DNA from: an uncultured delta proteobacterium
GTDB lineage: Bacteria; Desulfobacterota; Desulfobacteria; Desulfobacterales; JAFDCJ01
Direction of reading: 5' to 3'
DNA length: 64,000 nucleotides
Assembly (NCBI GenBank): GCA_963769935.1
Contig: CAVYNY010000007.1
Location: 243,343 to 307,342 of the forward strand
A model generated the notes under the pieces. It was not told the origin of the DNA, made no database searches, and worked only from the letters and a program-made list of their open reading frames with translations. The position numbers and the translations under genes are program-made. This document shows, one piece after another, positions 53,702-64,000 of the stretch. How positions within the stretch are numbered: position 1 is the stretch's first letter; each line of letters opens with the position of its first letter.

Positions 53702-53777
53702 TGGTGCCCCCGGCAGGAATCGGACCTGCGACACCCGGATTAGGAATCCGGTGCTCTATCCACTGAGCTACGAGGGC
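53702..53777 (-). tRNA. tRNA-Arg (anticodon CCT)
   Basis: GCCCTCGTAGCTCAGTGGATAGAGCACCGGATTCCTAATCCGGGTGTCGCAGGTCCGATTCCTGCCGGGGGCACCA folds as a cloverleaf with encoded CCA. Confidence 0.95.
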
Positions 53778-53799
53778 AAATAGATGGTAAAATGTTTTA

Positions 53800-53873
53800 T
53801 TTCAATAGGTTATTCGGTGTCGCCGTTTCTCGATTTTTGGCCGAATTCGTGAATTGTGCCCGAAATTGTGCCC
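53800..53873. promoter_or_regulatory. Putative att-arm region: IHF-like site and integrase arm-type direct repeats
   Basis: TTTCAATAGGTTA (one mismatch to WATCAANNNNTTR) and AATTGTGCCC twice (53852-53861, 53864-53873) between the integrase stop and the tRNA. Confidence 0.55.
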
Positions 53874-53875
53874 AT

Positions 53876-54370
53876 TTAGGATGCACGATATTCGGCCTGC
53901 TTTTGGGCTGCCAATTTTAGATCTTCGTCACGGACAATATTATATCTGTCGAAAACCGACCTCTTTTTGTGCCCGGAGATCATCATGGCAACTCGTTCAG
54001 GAATGCCCGATCGCACCATATTGCGGGCTGCTGTCCGGCGGATATCGTGGAATATCCTTATACCAATTTTTGCATCCTTACAAGCCTTTTTCCAAGCCTT
54101 ATCAATCCGTTTAATCCGGTCTGTATTGTCTTTATTCAAGAAAACATAGGGCAAAATGGTCGCGGTCCTTTTTCGGATCTGCCACTGCAGATCAAATATT
54201 TCTTTCAGTTCGTCATCGAGATACACAGTTCTGCCCTCATCGTTTTTGGTCTCACCGACTCCTAAACGTACTATACCCTGATTGCGGTCAAAATGGCTCC
54301 AAGTTAGACTGGATATTTCGGATAGTCTCCAGCCCACCTTGTAGGCAAAAGTCACGAATCCTTTTAAATG
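53876..54370 (-). pseudogene. Tyrosine recombinase/integrase, catalytic C-terminal half only
   Basis: 'GWRLSEI' (R), 'TKN' (K), 'FHDIRRT' (HxxR), 'SGHK' and 'FDRY' (Y); N-terminal domains missing. Confidence 0.88.
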
Positions 54371-54379
54371 GCAGGGTAG

Positions 54380-54660
54380 CTGCGGCAGTCCAAGACCTCC
54401 AAGGACTCACTGAAAAAAAGGCCCAGTGCAAGGTAGGCACGCTACAGCGACCGGACCGTCAACCGCATCCTGTGGCGTATTTGAAAACCTTCACCAAGTG
54501 GACCCGCAAATTAAAACCGTTTTGCCTCGAAAACCCATGACCAAAATCCATCTGATGACAGTTGGTATCGGCCTTTGAGGTCGAGCGGGCGATCACAGTC
54601 TCTCAGCGCCGGCGGGTCTTGGACGCGGCCGATAGCTTGCCGTTTGTCGGCCGGGAATGA
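54380..54660 (+). pseudogene. Second, frameshifted integrase-like remnant in the opposite orientation
   Basis: Pieces 'RYSDRTVNRIL','YLKTFTKW.RKLKPF','NPMTKI','EVERAITVSQRRRVLDAADSL' resemble the core-binding region of a tyrosine recombinase (from memory). Confidence 0.5.
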
Positions 54661-54665
54661 TTTAA

Positions 54666-54700
54666 ATACCACTTGACATTATATTGTTATGTGGTATATT
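54666..54700 (+). promoter_or_regulatory. Sigma70 promoter overlapped by an inverted-repeat operator
   Basis: TTGACA 54673-54678, extended -10 TGgTATATT 54692-54700; ATACCACTTGACA / TGTTATGTGGTAT inverted repeat, 11/13 match. Confidence 0.75.
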
Positions 54701-54724
54701 TTGAAATAATGAAAGGAGGTGGCC

Positions 54725-55837
54725 ATGAACCTGCAAGTACTCTCCAAAAATGTAAGGCGGTTGAGGACTGCGAAGCGTTTTAGCCAAAGGGCTTTGGCGG
54801 ACACCGCTGGCCTCTCCTTGCCGGCAATCAAGAATCTCGAACTTGCAAAGAGTGAGCCGCGGATGAGGACCATGCAGGCAATCGCCAAGGCGCTAAATGT
54901 GAAGATTCATGAACTTTTCCAGCCGGTTCGGGAACTGCGTACCGTCCGTTTCCGGTCGGCGAAGCGGATGCAGAATCGAGAAAATGTTCTGGCCGAAGTG
55001 GCAAGGTGGCTCGATGATTTCAATTATTTAGAAAATAGCCTGAAGAATGAGAAGCCGTTCCGCCTCAATCCGGCCAGGGCGCATTGCTCCAGGGGCCGCC
55101 TCGCCGAGGCGGCCGGGCTCTGCCGCAAAAAGCTGGGGCTGAAACCCACCGAACCCATCCACGACATCTGCGGCCTGCTCGAACACGCGGGTGTGAAGGT
55201 TTTCCCGGTTCCCATGGCTTCCGATAGTTTCTTCGGCCTGTCTGTCGGGGAGGAGGACGGCGGTCCGGCGGTGGTCGTGAACGTATGGGAGCGGATTTCG
55301 GTTGAAAGGCGCATTTTCAGCGCCGCCCACGAACTCGGTCATCTCATGCTGCATCCCGATGCTTACGACGTCAGCCAGGTCGAGGAAAGCAAGGAGGAAG
55401 AGCACGAAGCCGACCGTTTCGCCGGGCATTTTCTGATGCCGAACGAAGGGTTCCGCAAGGAATATGATGAAGCGGCCGGGTTGCACTTCGTGGATAGGGC
55501 CTTCAAAGTCAAGCGTATTTTCCGGGTCAGTTATAAAACCGTGCTCTCCCGTCTTATTGAGTATGGCGATGCGGACAGTTCCATCTGGAAAAAATTCAAT
55601 ATTGCGTATCAGCGACGCTTCAACCGGAGACTCTTTTTCAAGGAAGAACCGATGGGCATGGATACCGCCGAACCGTTCGGGATGCAGCGATTTGATTTTT
55701 TCGAAGACCGTTTTAGTCGACTGACCAGAGAGGCGGTGGAAAAAGACAAAATATCGCTTAGCCGCGGTGCGGAAATGCTACGGATCGGCATCGAGGAGAT
55801 GCAGGAGCTCTTGAAAGACTGGGAGGCCGGCCTGTGA
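54725..55837 (+). CDS. XRE HTH + ImmA/IrrE (M78) metallopeptidase (RmrA-like antitoxin)
   Basis: N-terminal HTH 'FSQRALADTAGLSLPAIKNLE'; 'RRIFSAAHELGH' HExxH and 'EHEADRFAGHFLMP'; RBS AAAGGAGG. Confidence 0.92.
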   Translation: MNLQVLSKNVRRLRTAKRFSQRALADTAGLSLPAIKNLELAKSEPRMRTMQAIAKALNVKIHELFQPVRELRTVRFRSAKRMQNRENVLAEVARWLDDFNYLENSLKNEKPFRLNPARAHCSRGRLAEAAGLCRKKLGLKPTEPIHDICGLLEHAGVKVFPVPMASDSFFGLSVGEEDGGPAVVVNVWERISVERRIFSAAHELGHLMLHPDAYDVSQVEESKEEEHEADRFAGHFLMPNEGFRKEYDEAAGLHFVDRAFKVKRIFRVSYKTVLSRLIEYGDADSSIWKKFNIAYQRRFNRRLFFKEEPMGMDTAEPFGMQRFDFFEDRFSRLTREAVEKDKISLSRGAEMLRIGIEEMQELLKDWEAGL

Positions 55838-56382
55838 CGCGTCGTTCGCCGCCGCCCAAGCTCATGATAATGGACGCCTGCGTGCTGATCGATTTCATTA
55901 AAACGGAACGGGCTGTGTTGGAACTCGTTGTGAAACATGTCGGATCGCTTTACGTAACCAGCCCGGTAGTTGACGAGGTTAACGAAATCGATGACGAAAA
56001 CGAGTTGGTAGCGCTCGGGCTGATTATCATCGAGCCTGAAATCGAGGATGCGTATACCGCCGGCGGTCGATCCGGACCCTTGTCGTTCGAGGACTGGCTG
56101 TGCCTCCTCACGGCCAAGCGGCATGGTTTCACATGCGTGACCAATGACAAGAATCTGCGCAAACTATGCAGGCAGGAAGGTGTTTTTCTGCTGTGGGGAC
56201 TCGAGCTTCTCGCTGAACTGCACAAGGTTGGTGGAATCACGGCCACAGCGGCAGAAACAATCGCTCAAGCCATACGACGGTCAAATCCCAGGCACATTAC
56301 CCAGAAGATCGTCTCGCGGTTTACGGACACGATTCGACGTCAGGAAGCCGCAGGTCCCGGACATGATGATCCGACCAATTGA
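55834..56382 (+). CDS. PIN-domain protein (putative toxin)
   Basis: 'IMDACVLID', 'V.DE', 'LSFED..CL..A', 'TNDKNLR'; GTGA overlap with the upstream gene. Confidence 0.85.
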   Translation: MTRRSPPPKLMIMDACVLIDFIKTERAVLELVVKHVGSLYVTSPVVDEVNEIDDENELVALGLIIIEPEIEDAYTAGGRSGPLSFEDWLCLLTAKRHGFTCVTNDKNLRKLCRQEGVFLLWGLELLAELHKVGGITATAAETIAQAIRRSNPRHITQKIVSRFTDTIRRQEAAGPGHDDPTN

Positions 56383-56467
56383 GATTTTGTGAATGCCGTC
56401 ACCCGATCTGGTGACGATATGGTGCGGCATAGATCGCAAGAACAATCCTAACGGAGGTTTTTATCCA

Positions 56468-56692
56468 ACGGCACAAGATGATCCCGCAATGCGCGGCAAA
56501 AGATCACGAAACCAAACGGATGGTCGTCTCAGGGATACCCGCGACGACAAGCATGTTGGCACCCTGTAGAAACAGTACGACAGGAATTTCGGTGTGCGCT
56601 CGGACATGCACGTGGACACCCTGCTCAAACAGACGAGTTATTCGTCAGTGAGTAAGCTCATCAACAGCGGAATCGGTAAAAAGAAAAAATAA
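56468..56692 (+). pseudogene. Small basic hypothetical protein with ACG start and in-frame TAG
   Basis: GGAGG RBS, then ACG-AQDDPAMRGKRSRNQTDGRLRDTRDDKHVGTL*KQYDRNFGVRSDMHVDTLLKQTSYSSVSKLINSGIGKKKK; TAG at 56567. Confidence 0.5.
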
Positions 56693-56748
56693 CTGCCTAT
56701 AAGATTGCCGAATAACCTTCCATGGAAATAGGGGGAGCTGAACCGGTC

Positions 56749-57357
56749 TTATAGCTTCTTTTTCTTGATGTGATTGTAGAGCGTGCATCGCGACACTCCT
56801 AAAACTCGTGCGACATTGGCTTTAGTAGCGCCCTTGTTGAAGAAATCCCTGATCTCGTCCTCTCGACCGTCGAGCTTGGATTTACCCGGTCCCTTCGGCC
56901 GGCCCAGTTTCTTGCCGGCAGCCTTGGCCTGAGCCAGTGCCGTCTTCGTCCGATCAGAAATTAAATCTCTTTCAAGCTCAGCCAAAAGCGAAAAGATGGT
57001 GACCATTACTTTTGAGGTCATGTCCCTGTGGTTTTTGGCGCTAATTTTTAAACTCTGCTTAATAGCGATAAGCTCAACCTGCATCTCCGACAGCTGGTTG
57101 ATTAATTGAATCACCTCACCGGTGCTGCGGCCAAGCCTGGATAGCTCGGAAACAATAAGCCGATCCTCGGGTTTCAGTTGGGAGATGAGTTCATCGATCC
57201 TGCGATCTTTGGATGACCGCCGGCTGGACATTTCAATCTCAAGCCACTTGCTCACCCGGAGTTTATGCCGGTGGCAATAATTTAGAATTTCGTATCGTTG
57301 ATTTTTTAGGTCCTGGGTGTCTGTGGAAACCCTTAAATATGCAAAATTTCGTGGCAT
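56749..57357 (-). CDS. Serine recombinase (resolvase/invertase family)
   Basis: 'AYLRVSTDTQD', 'VSELSRLGRS', 'AELERDLISDRT', 'LGRPKG', C-terminal HTH. Confidence 0.93.
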   Translation of the reverse strand: MPRNFAYLRVSTDTQDLKNQRYEILNYCHRHKLRVSKWLEIEMSSRRSSKDRRIDELISQLKPEDRLIVSELSRLGRSTGEVIQLINQLSEMQVELIAIKQSLKISAKNHRDMTSKVMVTIFSLLAELERDLISDRTKTALAQAKAAGKKLGRPKGPGKSKLDGREDEIRDFFNKGATKANVARVLGVSRCTLYNHIKKKKL

Positions 57358-57711
57358 GTATTCTAAAAAGGTAAATTTTGATTTATTTTTAACGCATTTA
57401 GTACAGAATATGTGTACCTTTTGTAGACGTATAATGTTAAGCGATAACGTTGGTTTTTGTTGTACACTTCAATAAAAATTCTCTGACTTAGAGAAGGTTG
57501 ATTGATTTTTTCCCGATTTGTTGAGCTCCATTGCATTCATTAATTTGATGAGAATTTAAAACAGATTTGCGGGGATGCCCTATCGGTCCAAATGTAAAAT
57601 CTTGCCTTTTTCCATTCAATTCAGTATAGTTCCTCCGTCTTCTTTTCAAGGTTTCATCATTTCTCAAAATGCAGCCGTTTTCGAGACCTCCTTGGTTTTA
57701 ACATTTTTAAA

Positions 57712-60395
57712 ATGGCTATGCGCAAAACGTTTATTACTCATACTCGGAATGCTTGGCGAAGCCATCGTACCCAAGCTGCATTTAATCGAAATCATGGCCT
57801 TCAAATTTTTACAGTCGAGCAACTGGTCGCGCGTTTAGCAGGGGGCTTTCTCAGGCCGATTGATCCCGAGGACCTGAATACCGCTGTTTCAGCCATAATT
57901 TCAAGACCCTTAGGCGAGCTTGACGCCATAAAAAGGCTGCCAGGTTTTCAGCGAGCCGCGGCCACAACACTGTCCAAGCTGTGGCTGGCTGGCCTTGATT
58001 TGAACCAAGAGTTGCAGTGCACAACTGAACGGGCGGCAATGGAACGCATTGAGGCATTGATTGCATTGGAACAGGGTGTTCTGGAATGCTTGCCCAGCAA
58101 CCAGTTGCGTCCAAGCGATCTTACTTCAGCCGCCCTAAAGCGGGTTCAGCATGCGGGATCGATTTTCGGTCCCATTGAAATCTATGGTCATACCGAGATG
58201 GCTCCGGTCTGGAGGCCAATAATAATAGCCATTTCAAAAATCACAAAGGTCTCATGGATAGCCGAAGCAAGGTATGTGCCGGAATGGCTCCATGATTCCG
58301 GCATGTCACTTAAGACAAGTCCGGCCGAGCAGCCTGAGGTTAAAGCCTTCTCCTGTGCCAGTCCCCGCCATGAAATAATTGAGGCCGTTCGCTGGGTCAG
58401 GCGACATTTGGCAAGTGGCGTTGCCCCACAGGACATTGCCATCGCTTCAGCTTCACCCGAGGCTTGGGATGATCATATGCTGGCAATCGCCGAAGCGGCC
58501 AATCTGCCGATTCACTTTGCCCATGGCCAGGCAGCGCTCAGCTCCTTCGATGGCCAACTTGTTGCCGCCCTTGCCGAAGTGATGCTGCGCGGTTTTTCCC
58601 GGACGCGTATTATTCGTCTAGTTGCGCTTTTGCGAACTCATAATCCTCGATTTAAGGACCTGCCCGGCAACTGGTGGCAATTGTTGCCCGAAGACGCCCC
58701 CTTGCTCGATGCCGAACGTTGGCGGATCGCAATTGATGCAATTCCTCCCGAAAGCTTTCCAGGTGGCGCCGATATGCGCCCCTTGCTTAACGATTTGATC
58801 ACATCCCTGGCATTGGGCCTTGCGGCCGCCGGTCAGGTCGGAGAGACGCTGTTTAAAGCCCGCGCCTTGGCAATCTGGCAAAGAGCCTTATCACATGGTC
58901 CGCCCGAAGCGCTGGATGTAACTTTGGCAAGTCTCAGGGTAGACGACGGGCTTGAGCCTGGGGCTTCGATCCTGTGGACCCCGGCATCAGCCCTTGCCGC
59001 CGTGCCCAGACCGCTGACTTGGCTAGTGGGGTTGACATCACGTTCCTGGCCACGAAGAGCCAGCGAAGACCCGCTGCTTCCGGAGCATATCGTGGAAAGT
59101 TCGCGGATCAATCCGCTTCCTGTACACCAAGCCGATCGGCGCTATTTCGCAACGATCCAAGCCATGACATCCGACGAGCTGGTCTGCTCACGAGCCCGAC
59201 GTAATAGTGAGGGCCGACAAAATGGTATCTCGCCGCTTTATCCTCGCAACATAAAAGAAATCCACTTGGCTCATAGTCGTGAACCTGAACATGCGGCCAG
59301 CGCAACCGACCGCCTCTTTGCGAGGCCAGCCGAATTTTCGAGTTTGCCCGTGACGCATTCGGCCCTGACGACTTGGAAAGACTGGCACACCGGGCGTCTT
59401 ACGTCACACGACGGGCTGGTGCGTGCCGAACACCCCTTGCTTTTGCGATCTCTCGATAGGTGTCAATCGGCCTCTTCATTGGTGAAACTTTTGCGCGATC
59501 CGCTGGGCTATCTATGGACCTATGGTTTTGGCTGTCCGAACCCGAAGAGACCGACGAGCCCCTCACATTGGATGCTCTGTCCTTTGGCAATTTACTGCAC
59601 GAAATCCTCCATGAGGCCGTAACTCAACTTGAAACTGCTCGTTCAGGTGGTTTTGCAAAGGCCTCCAAAGCACACGCAAGGCCGTTCGGGTTGCCGCACA
59701 AAAAGTGGCCGCTCGTTGGGACGCAACCGCACCGTGCCCCCTTCCGATAGTCTGGCGCCCGAAAATGTGAAGAAGCCGTCGAGCTTGCCATCATCGCATT
59801 ATCCTACCCGCAATAGTCCTTGCCCGGCGAACGCAGCCCGCGCAGAAGGGCCCCGGGGGTGACCGACATACCCAACCCTCCAAGGGAAACCCTCGGTGCA
59901 AATAACTTGATCCTATTTAGCCCGTGATCATTGCCGGGACCGAAATAGCTATCGGGGGCGCACGTCAACCGGTTGGATCTATCTTCAGACAGACATACCC
60001 TGGGCTCGCGTTACCATTATAAATCCGGTAAGTTTCCAGAGGTAAGCCGCCGCAACTTAAAGGGGGTGCCGAACTACAACGATGCCTTTACGCTTATGTG
60101 GTCAAAGCCCTGCTCTGTCCAAACTGAGGTTGAAGCACAGCTGCTTTAACCGCGCGTGGGCGCCCGGGCATAAGTCTTAATAGATCGCAAGCCACTCTTG
60201 ATAAATCGCAAATTTTATTACATCCGCGGCTGCATCCCTTAGGGCTGGGAAGGCCTTTCCGGGTCCTGCAGCGCAGGAACAATGGTATGACCTTGCTTTT
60301 GCTGCCGGGCGGGGCCAAGGAAAGCTATCTGGACACGAGATGCCGCTGTCGCTCAAAGTCTTTCCAAGATTGCTCCGCTGTGGGATGAGGAGTAA
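57712..60395 (+). pseudogene. AddB-like inactive-helicase / PD-(D/E)xK nuclease protein, frameshifted after about 59530
   Basis: Open N-terminal ~600 aa; 'SASSLVKLLRDPLGYLW', 'FGNLLHEILH' in the next frame; degenerate nuclease remnants near 59950-60030; end approximate. Confidence 0.68.
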
Positions 60396-60400
60396 CAAAG

Positions 60401-63400
60401 ATGCCGGATCTCAACCACCACACCCACTCATTTGCCTGATGCCGCTGAAAGGCTGGAGCCTTGACTGATCATTGCCTGCACTGTGGTGGAAGCCGGCGCC
60501 GGCCACCGGCAAGACCGCACTGATTGCTGGGCGTGTCGACTATTAATTGCAGCCGGCATCCTCCACGCAAATCGTTGCGATCACTTTCACTGAAGCGGCC
60601 GCCGCCGAACTGCTGGAACGTATCGAGTATTTTGTATGCCGACTGCTTGACGGTGAGGTGCCCATAGAGCTAAATAAGGCCCTTCGCCAGGGGCTTACCA
60701 CCAAGCAGCGCCAATACCTTCAAGAAGTGAAAGGGCGCTTGACGAAATTACATGCACCACAATACATGGCTTTTGCCAGCAACTGAAAGCCTATCCCGTC
60801 GGAACGGACTGGATCCAGGGGCCGCCATTATGATCCAGCTGCAGCCAGATCGCTTTCCAGGATTTAATCCATACCTGGCTATCGGCACGCTTTGGACGTG
60901 ACAAAGGGATCCAAGGTATAGGGCGTATGCTTCCCATGGAGGGTGCCGGCGGCGACAGGATTTTTTCACAGAACTGTTGATCAAACGGCTGACAAAACTT
61001 GGCCCAAATTGAAAAGACCGCCGGTTTAATAAAATCCACCGCACAGCACAGGCACCCGCTGCCACTGTAGATAGCAACGAATATTTCGGCTCTACAAAGA
61101 GGTTACTGCCTTTGCTTTCTGGCATAACAGACTGGGGGTTACCGAATGTACTACGGCTGATTATTATCGATGACATGGGCCCCTAAACCGATATCTCACG
61201 AAAAGCTGCCACCGAACCACTCAACGGTAGGCGCATCCAGAGCTTCTTTTTCATAGGCGCCCACAGCCTGCAAGAAAGATAGCCCCGTCTTTAAACAATG
61301 GGGGCGTAAAGGCAAATGGAAAACGGCTGCCAAAACGGTCGGCCGGGGAGCTGCCAACAAGAGAAAATTGAGCGCGGCCGGCGAAAATCACTATCAAGAC
61401 TGTAATGCGGCTTATCAGGAGTTTTGTGCCGGCCTGGGGGCACTGACCTTTCAGCGCTTTGTTAAAGAGTTCGACACCCTGAAAAACTTAACTGTGAGTA
61501 TAAGCGTATGGCTGCCCTGCTGGACTCTTACGATCTACTCCACTGATGCCCGCACCTTCTTAAAACCAATGAACCTGTTCGACAGGCATTGGCCCGGCGT
61601 TATCTCGGGTCCTGGTAGATGAGATCCAGGATACAGATCCTATTCAGGCCGAGATTCTGTGGACTCTGGCCGGCAGAAGGACACCCGCAGGCTCCATGGC
61701 AACAAGTCGCCTGTGACCCGGGGCACTTTTTCCAGTGGGTGACCTAAGCAGGCAATCTACCGGTTCCGTGGAGCCGATGTGGCCATATATCTTGTGGCAA
61801 GCAGGCACTGGTTCATCAAGATCGAGATGCCGTGATCGAAATTTCAACAAACTTTAGATCGCTGAGTTTGATCTTGGAGTTTGTCAATAACCATTTCATC
61901 CATTTGCTCGACATTCCCCAAAGTTATGCCCGGCTTCTACGGCCCTAACTGCAGCCCGTGGCCTCGATAGCAGGCCGGCCGTGGCCGCCTTCGAGGTACC
62001 CCTTGTGAAGGGGCTCGCAGCGCCAAGGGCGAGTGATGTGATATCGCTCGACGCCCAGAGGCGAGCGTCGTTAACCGATAGGCCGCCTCATCGGAGCATA
62101 CGCGGTTTATGACAAGGCCTTAAAGAGCAACGATGAGCCGCGCTGGGACATTGCGTTGCTAGCGCCAACCGGCACAAGTCTATGGATTTACGAGCGGGAG
62201 CTTGGAACTCTAGATATCCCAATAGCCACCCAGGCAGGAAAAGGGTTTTTCAGACGTCAGGAGGTACAAGATCTGATTGCCGTAGCACGAGCCGTTACCG
62301 ACCTTCGCGACACCTTAGCGCTGGGCGCCTTGCTGCGCGGGCCCCTTGTGGGTCTGACCGAAGAGCAAATCGCAGATGAGATCGACGCTTTGCATGCAAC
62401 GGAAGCCCGTCGCTTTATCTGTGGAATCATACGACATTGCTGCACAACCCGGTTTTAAAGCATACAATCTCACTGTGCTGCAAAACTTGGCCCGCAAGGC
62501 ACGGCGCACAACACCCTACCACCTTTTGGCCGAAGCCGTTGAAGAATTGCAGGTACGCCCACTTTTGAAAGCCCGCCATGGTCGAGGGGCAGAGCGCGCC
62601 CTTGCCAATGTTGAACTGGTGCTGGAGATGGCCCGTGCTTATGCTGCCCGGGGAATCTCAGACTTTGTCAGGGCGCTATGGGACCGCTGGGAGAAAAGCG
62701 ATGCCCAAATCGAAGGCCGACCGGACGCTGAAGCCCAAGCCGTATCGATTATCACAATGCACTCGGCCAAGGGGCTGGAATGGCCTATTGTTATTCCCAT
62801 CAATTCTATGACCGTGCAGTGGTCCGATATGCAGTTTCTCTACCGGAGAGGCGATGACAGCGTCCATTTCAACGTTTTAGGATACCCGAACCCCGATTCC
62901 AAAGCGTTCCCAGCAAGAATCGGATGAAATGGCCGTTAAAGCGCGTGCGTCTATGGGATACGTGGCCCTCAACCGGTGCGCGGGATCTATTACTGCTACC
63001 CAACGAAAGCGAGCGGGCAAGAATAAATAACGATCTGCGTCAGCCTTCTCTATTTGGATACCGGTGCGCTTCCGGTTTCGACACCAAACGTTTTACTGGC
63101 TCTCCCATAGCAGAACCTAGAAGGCGCCGCCAACAGCCGAAGACCTGCCGACCTGGCAAAGGCAAGCAGCAGCGATCAGGCTTGAACTTATATCAAGCTG
63201 GCACGCAGCCTGTAGCCACCATGAACTGGCGGCCTCGCCTGTGAAATCAGAAGACCGGGTGTTTGTAGGTATTGAATCGTTTTTGGAGGGCCGCCGGCAT
63301 TCTGAAAAGGCAATGAGGAACAAGAGGAACCACAGTTCATCAAAGCGCAAGCCACCAGCAGCGGGATCATCATTCAAAATTGATCGAAGAGGATTACCGG

Positions 63401-63800
63401 TGAAACACCTGATCAGGGCAGATTTGCCCTTGATAAGCGCGCTATCCAGCTGTTATCCCAATTAGGATCGACCCATGAGCAAGACCCAGCCCTGCGTCCA
63501 TCGACAAAGGAGATGGCAGGTGCAGTCCATCGCGCATTTCAGATCCCGAAAATCGCAGCCATTCACCCGCAGCTGATACCCAGTTAACAGTGACGCCCAA
63601 TCCACCATTGAACGGACTGTGAAAATTATAGCAGGTATTGTTGATGCAGCCGCGATAAGATGATGCGGGCAGAATCGGTAGGTGATTGATGGGAAGTGAT
63701 TAAACCTGACGCCGAACAGATCAAACTTTATCGTAGCAGGTAAACCAGTACCTGAGAGCCATGGGGCGGGTTGGGTTTATAGTCTTTCTAACTTCTGGTT
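60401..63800 (+). pseudogene. AddA/UvrD-like SF1 helicase-nuclease, heavily frameshifted
   Basis: Fragments of Walker A EAGAG(T)GKT (~60490), 'AITFTEAAAAELLERI', 'LVDEIQDTDPIQAEIL', 'GD.KQAIYRFRGAD', 'NFRS', 'ITMHSAKGLEWP', 'ARDLLLLP', 'IDWK'-like end; boundaries approximate. Confidence 0.8.
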
Positions 63801-63875
63801 TGAGAAGGAATTATGCGACAAAATTCAAACATCAACACGGGAAAAAGGGCTTATTTGATAACGAATTGATCTAAG

Positions 63876-64000
63876 TCAGAAAACAACTTGGCAGCGCTTG
63901 GCTTTTCGAATCATCAAATTTATATCGGCATCACTGCAAATGAAGGACAAAACCTTTCGTGTTCGAGTAGCGGCGACGTAATACACGCTTAGTTCGTCAT
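63876..64000 (-). CDS. C-terminus of an SF1 (UvrD-like) helicase continuing beyond the window
   Basis: Manual translation DELSVYYVAATRTRKVLSFICSDADINLMIRKAKRCQVVF*; YVAATR resembles SF1 motif VI. Confidence 0.6.
   Translation of the reverse strand, partial: DELSVYYVAATRTRKVLSFICSDADINLMIRKAKRCQVVF

Noticed and set aside
53562..53783. 73-aa ORF ending GAPGRNRTCDTRIRNPVLYPLSYEG
   Set aside because: Antisense translation of the tRNA-Arg gene

Overview
Bacterial chromosomal window; protein similarities recalled from memory suggest Desulfobacterota/Desulfobacterales (not verified by search). It has four parts. (1) 1-6.8 kb and 21.8-25.8 kb: sugar-acid utilisation genes (TctBA, frameshifted UxaA-family dehydratase and FGGY kinase, an IlvD remnant, MFS transporters, a gluconate-5-DH/KduD-like SDR, a LarA-domain protein). 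(2) About 7.1-21.1 kb: a visibly more AT-rich, apparently acquired GntR-associated cluster with a sugar ABC importer, two PLP aminotransferases of different families (DegT and HemL-like class III), an IolO-like epimerase, FGGY kinase, class II aldolase and beta-hydroxyacid dehydrogenase, plus integrase and IS1380 scars. This is a candidate amino-sugar/aminocyclitol catabolic pathway. (3) 25.8-53.8 kb: core genes (5'-truncated B12 radical SAM, pyrD, ilvBNC-cimA-leuA with an Ile/Leu/Val leader-peptide attenuator absent from the ORF track, topA, dprA, yajC-secDF, Rne/Rng, leuS-lptE, rpsT, murJ, LptA, cold-shock protein, KhpA). (4) 53.7-64 kb: an island on the 5' side of tRNA-Arg(CCT) with integrase remnants, an XRE-M78 peptidase + PIN pair (RosmerTA-like), a serine recombinase, a heavily frameshifted AddB/AddA-like pair and the tail of a further SF1 helicase. 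About nine intergenic elements built from 7-9 nt tandem units, often with inverted arms, are scattered through the window, and two sit at gene-truncation points. Many frameshifts look like long-read errors. No CRISPR array or rRNA was seen.
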